Positions 6,114 through 10,152 of a DNA stretch of 10,152 nucleotides are shown here, in pieces (positions within the stretch are counted from its first letter, which is position 1; each line of letters opens with the position of its first letter). Source of the stretch: an uncultured bacterium (lineage in GTDB: Bacteria; Abyssobacteria; SURF-5); assembly GCA_964510165.1 (NCBI GenBank), contig CAZEBC010000100.1, positions 3,869 through 14,020 of the forward strand, written 5' to 3'. Under the pieces are notes generated by a model. It did not search any database. It was given only the letters and a program-made list of their open reading frames with translations, and was not told the origin of the DNA. The position numbers and the translations under genes are program-made.

Positions 6114-6749
6114 ATGCCTTACTACTATTTCGAGGCGGTTGCCGCCGACGGCCATGTGCGCAAGAGAGTCCTGAAGGCGCGGGACAAGAAGGACGCCGAT
6201 CGCCAGATCCGCAGTTCGGGCCTCCAGCCGTTCCTCATCGAGAGCGCCCAGGTCGCCCGCAAGAAGAAGCAGGAAAAACAGGTACACACCCGCCGAATCC
6301 TGCGCCATACCCTGTACGCGGTGGCTTCGCTTTCGCTGGTTGGGGGAGTGGCCGCATATCTTGTCGTGCTTGACCTGAGCCACGTGGACCGATTCGACGT
6401 GAAGACGCTCTCTCGTTCGGGCATCGTGTCGCAGAGTTCAATGATTATTGACGCCAAGTCCCAGGAGGAGCGGGATTTCGCGAGGGAAATTTACAGCATC
6501 TGGGAGATGAGTTTTCCCGAATCGATAAGCGGAGTGGAGATCAAGCACAAAGGTCTGATGCTCCTGTACGTCAAGAGAGGAAAGGAGCAGTTCAACAAGG
6601 CCGACCTGCGGGTAATGACCGCGACGCTGGTGCGCGCCTTCCAGCGGCGGTTCGACACCGTCAATTGCATCGTGCTGATTGTGCACGAAGACCAGACCAT
6701 CGCAGAGAGCCGATATCAAGATGACAAGGTGACCACCTTCGTCTATTAG
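6114..6749 (+). CDS. Hypothetical single-pass membrane protein with a PilC/GspF-like N-terminal cytoplasmic motif
   Basis: AAGGAG RBS at 6101-6106; 211 aa. The N-terminus MPYYYFEAVAADGHVRKRVLKARDKKDADRQIRSSGLQPFLIE fits the MPx[FY]x[FY]xAxxxxG...A....A...[LI]R..GL.P..I pattern of PilC/GspF N-termini. It is followed by a basic linker, one hydrophobic helix (LYAVASLSLVGGVAAYLVVL) and a soluble domain of about 120 aa. Confidence 0.8.
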   Translation: MPYYYFEAVAADGHVRKRVLKARDKKDADRQIRSSGLQPFLIESAQVARKKKQEKQVHTRRILRHTLYAVASLSLVGGVAAYLVVLDLSHVDRFDVKTLSRSGIVSQSSMIIDAKSQEERDFAREIYSIWEMSFPESISGVEIKHKGLMLLYVKRGKEQFNKADLRVMTATLVRAFQRRFDTVNCIVLIVHEDQTIAESRYQDDKVTTFVY

Positions 6750-6756
6750 TGAGCCG

Positions 6757-6785
6757 TTGTTCTGATCGGCCACAAGTGTTATAAT
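6757..6785 (+). promoter_or_regulatory. Extended -10 sigma70 promoter
   Basis: TTGTTC (6757-6762), 17-bp spacer, perfect TATAAT (6780-6785) preceded by TG at 6777-6778. Confidence 0.65.
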
Positions 6786-6852
6786 GGGACGCGGGTCGGC
6801 TCCAGGGAAGCCTGCCAAATTATCCCGCCTTGCATTTCAACGGGAAATCCTG

Positions 6853-7107
6853 ATGAGAGAAAGCCTTATTTCCGTATTTATCCTGTTTCTGTTCACGGTA
6901 CTGATCAATCTGCCGTTCGGATTCCTGAGAGCGAGGGTGGGCAGATACAGCGTGCGTTGGTTCCTCTACATTCATCTCCCGATCCCTTTCGTGTATCTGG
7001 CGCGGACATTCCTGATGGTGACCGCGTATTTCATTCCATTTCTTGTGGTTGCCGCCTTCTTGGGGCAGATTTGGGGAGGACGGCTTGGAGGAGCGGCCAA
7101 TGAGTGA
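6853..7107 (+). CDS. Small hypothetical membrane protein (84 aa, about 3 TM)
   Basis: MRESLISVFILFLFTVLINLPFGFLRARVGRYSVRWFLYIHLPIPFVYLARTFLMVTAYFIPFLVVAAFLGQIWGGRLGGAANE has three hydrophobic segments. The NLPFG..R / WF..IHLP.P / GQ..GG pattern looks like a conserved uncharacterised family (from recollection). Track start 6784 overlaps the -10 box, so ATG 6853 is preferred. Confidence 0.75.
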   Translation: MRESLISVFILFLFTVLINLPFGFLRARVGRYSVRWFLYIHLPIPFVYLARTFLMVTAYFIPFLVVAAFLGQIWGGRLGGAANE

Positions 7108-9667
7108 TTCCTCATCTTGCAGGATTCATCTTGCGTTCAGATTCCACGTGAACTTCTACCATTCGTATCGGGGAGACACCCCCGACGAGCTTGGTTTCGG
7201 CAAGGACATCCGCATAATCCGGGATATTATCGAAACGCTCGACGGATACAATGCGTCCGGCGTCGGCGTGCGCGGAACATGGGATATCGAAAACTACTTC
7301 TCGCTTGAAAAGATCATGCCTGGGCATTGCCCCGACATCATCGAATCATGGAAGCGCCGCGTGGCCGAGGGCAAGGATGAAGTGGAGGTAATGTCATACA
7401 ACAACGGCCTCATAAGCGCACATACACCGGCGGAGTTTGACGCGGCGATAGGACGGGCGGTAAGCAATTCCGCCGGGTCGGGCCTGAAGGACCTCTTTGG
7501 GCGGCTCGCCCCGATTGTGAGGCCCCAGGAGATGATGTACACGCCGATACACCTGAAGATGTATCCGGCCAACGGCGTTGACTGCATCAGCCTTTACTAC
7601 AGCGCGGTTCCGTTCAATGCGTTCAGCAATTTCGTCAGGCCACTCGCCTTCGAGCACCGCTACAATCCGCTGATGCTCATATATCCGGGCATTGAGGAAA
7701 CCATGATGCTCCTGCCCGCCTACAATCTCGGCGACATCGCGGACAATATTTCACTGCGACAGTGGATCAAGCGGCTTCGGCGAAAGCAAGTGCGGATGTC
7801 GGAGCCGAAGGATTTGCTGCTGCTCATCGATTCGGACGCGGACGATGATTTCTGGTACGGATACGACTGGCCTCTGCTTCCAAGCGTACTTTCGGCGGCG
7901 CGCGGACTGAAGGGGCTTGTGGACAGCGTGCGCGACCTGCCTTATGTCACCTTCACCACGCCCGGCGAATATATCCGCGCCTTCCCGCCGACCGGCACGG
8001 TGACGATCAGGCAGGATACCGCCGACGGCAGCTTCGACGGTCTCTCGAGTTGGGCGGAAAAATGGTCGAACCACCGGATGTGGACCGGCATCGAGCGCGC
8101 CCGTATCCTGGAGCTTCAAACGCGCAGGCTTATGGAACTGGTTGAACAGGGCGGCAGACGGCGCGAGATTGAACAACTGCTTTCGGATTCGTATGAGGCT
8201 CGCCTCAAATCGCTCTCGACCACTCACTTCGGGCTTGCCTCTCCCGTGATGAACCTCACCCGCCTGAGGGCGGGGGCCGAACTGGTCCATCGCTCGGTGG
8301 AAAGAGCGTCCATGGCGTTCGGACTCGCGGCGGGCATGACGGCCAAGCCTGCGGCCTCGTCGGGAACCGCCGGGTTTGCCTTGCTGGATTATGTTCGAGG
8401 AGTATCAACAAAGGCAGTCCGGTTTGAGGCGAAACCTTCGCGGGCGGTCGTCCGGATTCCTCTGTCGCAGTCCGGCGCCGAAACCGCGAATGCGAGGCTG
8501 CTGGATGCTGAAGGTAATCGGCTCCCGTGCGCGGTGCGCCACCCGGCCAACGACTCTGGCCCGGCGGAACTGCTGTTCATACAGGAGATGCCTGCCGGCG
8601 GCCGAACGGATTTCCGAATCGAGCTTACGGAAACGCCTTTGGAAAATCCGTATATTCCGCGGCCCGCCTCCGCCGGCGTCGGCGTCCTTCAGAATGAATT
8701 CATCTCGCTCAGGCTTGACGGCTTGATGCAGCCTGTCGGGCTCGCCTGTTCCGGAACCGAGTTTGCCGACACCGCCTTCTTCCGGAGCGCGGTCAATTAC
8801 GCGGGCCGCGTGTTGGAGCCGACACGCTGGACCATTATCGAATCCGCCATGTTGGCGAACGGACTTATCGCGTTCACGCGGCTGGCGGCGGAAATCACGT
8901 TCGATGCCGACGGGGAAAAGCGGGTGAGGCTGGAGCGGGAGTTTCTGCTGGTGTCGGGGCTGCCGTATCTTTATGTCACTACGCGAGTCAATTACCCCGC
9001 AACGCGATCGAGAAATTACAATAAGAAGAAGGCGCGACGGCTTCAGCGCGAATACGATAACAACTGGCGCGAGGTGATGCCGTGCGAGATACGCCCCGCC
9101 CTGTTCGGCAGGCGCGGCAGTCCGCTGAGGGTCTGGAAGCACAATTACTGCGGCCATGTGAGCTTCTACGACCTTGACTACGCTGAATTCTCGAAAAACC
9201 GGGAACTCGATTCCTTCAATAATCACATAACGCATGCGTGGGTGGCCGTGACGGACGGCCTGAAGGGCCTGCTCGTTGCGCAGACCTCGGACGTGAACGC
9301 TTCGTTCGCGTTTTGTCCGATGAGGCTCCGGGTTGCGCCCGAAGGCGAGCGAGTGTTTCTGAATCCGTTCGGCAGTTACCACGGCAAACAGCTTCATTAC
9401 CTGACGGCTTACACGGGCCTGGGAAGGCAGATTGCGCTCAGGATGGCGGACCAGCTCGACCCGTATGCGCCTTCGTACAATGGAAAGACCGAAACCATCT
9501 CGCTGCTGGTGGCCCCTTACTCCGGTGAAGAGCCGCCCGAGCAGATCAGGCGCGACGCCGAGGCGTTCGCGTATCCTTATGCGGTCATATCGGATTCGGA
9601 CTTGATCGCCCAGCCTCCGCACCGAGGCTGGTCATTTGAGGAGATCAAAGGCGAGCGGCAGGACTGA
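7100..9667 (+). CDS. GH57-like glycoside hydrolase / carbohydrate-active (beta/alpha)7-barrel protein with a large beta-rich C-terminal region
   Basis: ATG 7100 after a GGAGGAG RBS (7087-7093); 855 aa; no signal peptide. GH57-like segments: FRFHVNFYH, EVEVMSYNNGL, VRPQEMMY (Glu144, candidate nucleophile), LIDSDADDDFWYG (Asp246, candidate acid/base), LSSWAEKW. The C-terminal half (LQNEFISLRLD...) resembles the beta-sandwich regions of GH38/GH57 enzymes. Confidence 0.7.
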   Translation: MSDSSSCRIHLAFRFHVNFYHSYRGDTPDELGFGKDIRIIRDIIETLDGYNASGVGVRGTWDIENYFSLEKIMPGHCPDIIESWKRRVAEGKDEVEVMSYNNGLISAHTPAEFDAAIGRAVSNSAGSGLKDLFGRLAPIVRPQEMMYTPIHLKMYPANGVDCISLYYSAVPFNAFSNFVRPLAFEHRYNPLMLIYPGIEETMMLLPAYNLGDIADNISLRQWIKRLRRKQVRMSEPKDLLLLIDSDADDDFWYGYDWPLLPSVLSAARGLKGLVDSVRDLPYVTFTTPGEYIRAFPPTGTVTIRQDTADGSFDGLSSWAEKWSNHRMWTGIERARILELQTRRLMELVEQGGRRREIEQLLSDSYEARLKSLSTTHFGLASPVMNLTRLRAGAELVHRSVERASMAFGLAAGMTAKPAASSGTAGFALLDYVRGVSTKAVRFEAKPSRAVVRIPLSQSGAETANARLLDAEGNRLPCAVRHPANDSGPAELLFIQEMPAGGRTDFRIELTETPLENPYIPRPASAGVGVLQNEFISLRLDGLMQPVGLACSGTEFADTAFFRSAVNYAGRVLEPTRWTIIESAMLANGLIAFTRLAAEITFDADGEKRVRLEREFLLVSGLPYLYVTTRVNYPATRSRNYNKKKARRLQREYDNNWREVMPCEIRPALFGRRGSPLRVWKHNYCGHVSFYDLDYAEFSKNRELDSFNNHITHAWVAVTDGLKGLLVAQTSDVNASFAFCPMRLRVAPEGERVFLNPFGSYHGKQLHYLTAYTGLGRQIALRMADQLDPYAPSYNGKTETISLLVAPYSGEEPPEQIRRDAEAFAYPYAVISDSDLIAQPPHRGWSFEEIKGERQD

Positions 9668-9737
9668 GGAGGTTTTCAACCACCTAGGCACGAAGACACG
9701 AACAAGATTTCCAAAGCATAGAGGCGGAGGCATGACA

Positions 9738-10152
9738 ATGAACAAGCCAAAATGCGCGTTGTGCGGAAAATTCAACTGCATGCAGTCGGCGCCGAGTTCC
9801 AGCCCGCCCGATTTCTGCCCGATGGAGAACTTCGGAGAAATTATCTCGGCGACCATCTCCGAATATAGGTCCGACCTGGAGAAGAGCAGGCTGGCGTTGA
9901 ACTCGGCGCGGGTCGAGGCGGAGGGTTACGGCAAGTGGACTCGTGCGGAGGAGACCATCCATTTCGCGAGGAAGATAGGCGCGAAGAAGATCGGCATCGC
10001 ATCGTGTATCGGACTCTTGAAGGAATCGCAGATTCTTTCCAGGATATTGGAGGAGAATGGGTTCGAGCCGATCAGCGTATGTTGCAAGGCGGGCGGACTG
10101 GATAAGACCGAGATAGGTCTGAAGCAGGAGGAGAAAATCCTCGAGGGATTCT
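9738..10152 (+). CDS. DUF1847-like Cys-rich putative metal-binding protein (3'-truncated)
   Basis: Manual translation: MNKPKCALCGKFNC...PDFCPM...ARVEAEGYGKWTRAEETIHFARKIGAKKIGIASCIGLLKESQILSRILEENGFEPISVCCKAGGLDKTEIG. The TR.EE...FA...G.KKIGIA.C.GL..E and SVCCK.G motifs are typical of DUF1847. GGAGG RBS at 9726-9730; alternative ATG at 9732. Absent from the ORF track because it has no stop in the window. Confidence 0.85.
   Translation, partial: MNKPKCALCGKFNCMQSAPSSSPPDFCPMENFGEIISATISEYRSDLEKSRLALNSARVEAEGYGKWTRAEETIHFARKIGAKKIGIASCIGLLKESQILSRILEENGFEPISVCCKAGGLDKTEIGLKQEEKILEGF

Noticed and set aside
6114..6749. Truncated pilC/gspF pseudogene
   Set aside because: The ORF is intact with a good RBS and a coherent TM plus soluble domain. 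I noticed no T2SSF-like remnant downstream.
7751..9622. Minus-strand ORFs 7751-8290 and 8405-9622
   Set aside because: Antisense to the GH57-like gene, with the Arg-rich composition typical of shadow frames.

Overview
GC-rich bacterial chromosomal window, probably from an anaerobe, with two divergent gene blocks around a palindrome-rich intergenic region (about 5626-6113). Minus strand, in transcription order: a calcineurin-like metallophosphoesterase with an N-terminal hydrophobic anchor; a 2-hydroxyacyl-CoA dehydratase-family (HgdAB/FldBC/BcrBC-like) [4Fe-4S] subunit pair with no adjacent activator ATPase; a stand-alone CheB methylesterase translationally coupled to a CheR-PAS-coiled-coil protein that runs off the left edge and is missing from the ORF track. 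Plus strand: a single-TM protein starting with a PilC/GspF-like N-terminal module; an 84-aa membrane protein overlapping an 855-aa GH57-like cytoplasmic glycoside hydrolase; a Cys-rich DUF1847-like protein that runs off the right edge and is also missing from the track. Several sigma70-like promoters are readable. No rRNA, tRNA, CRISPR array or transposase was seen. Best candidates for undescribed biology: possible self-methylation of the CheR coiled coil, the orphan PilC-N fusion, the membrane protein/GH57-like/DUF1847 unit and a cluster of degenerate REP-like palindromes. All family calls come from motif recognition by eye, not from database searches.
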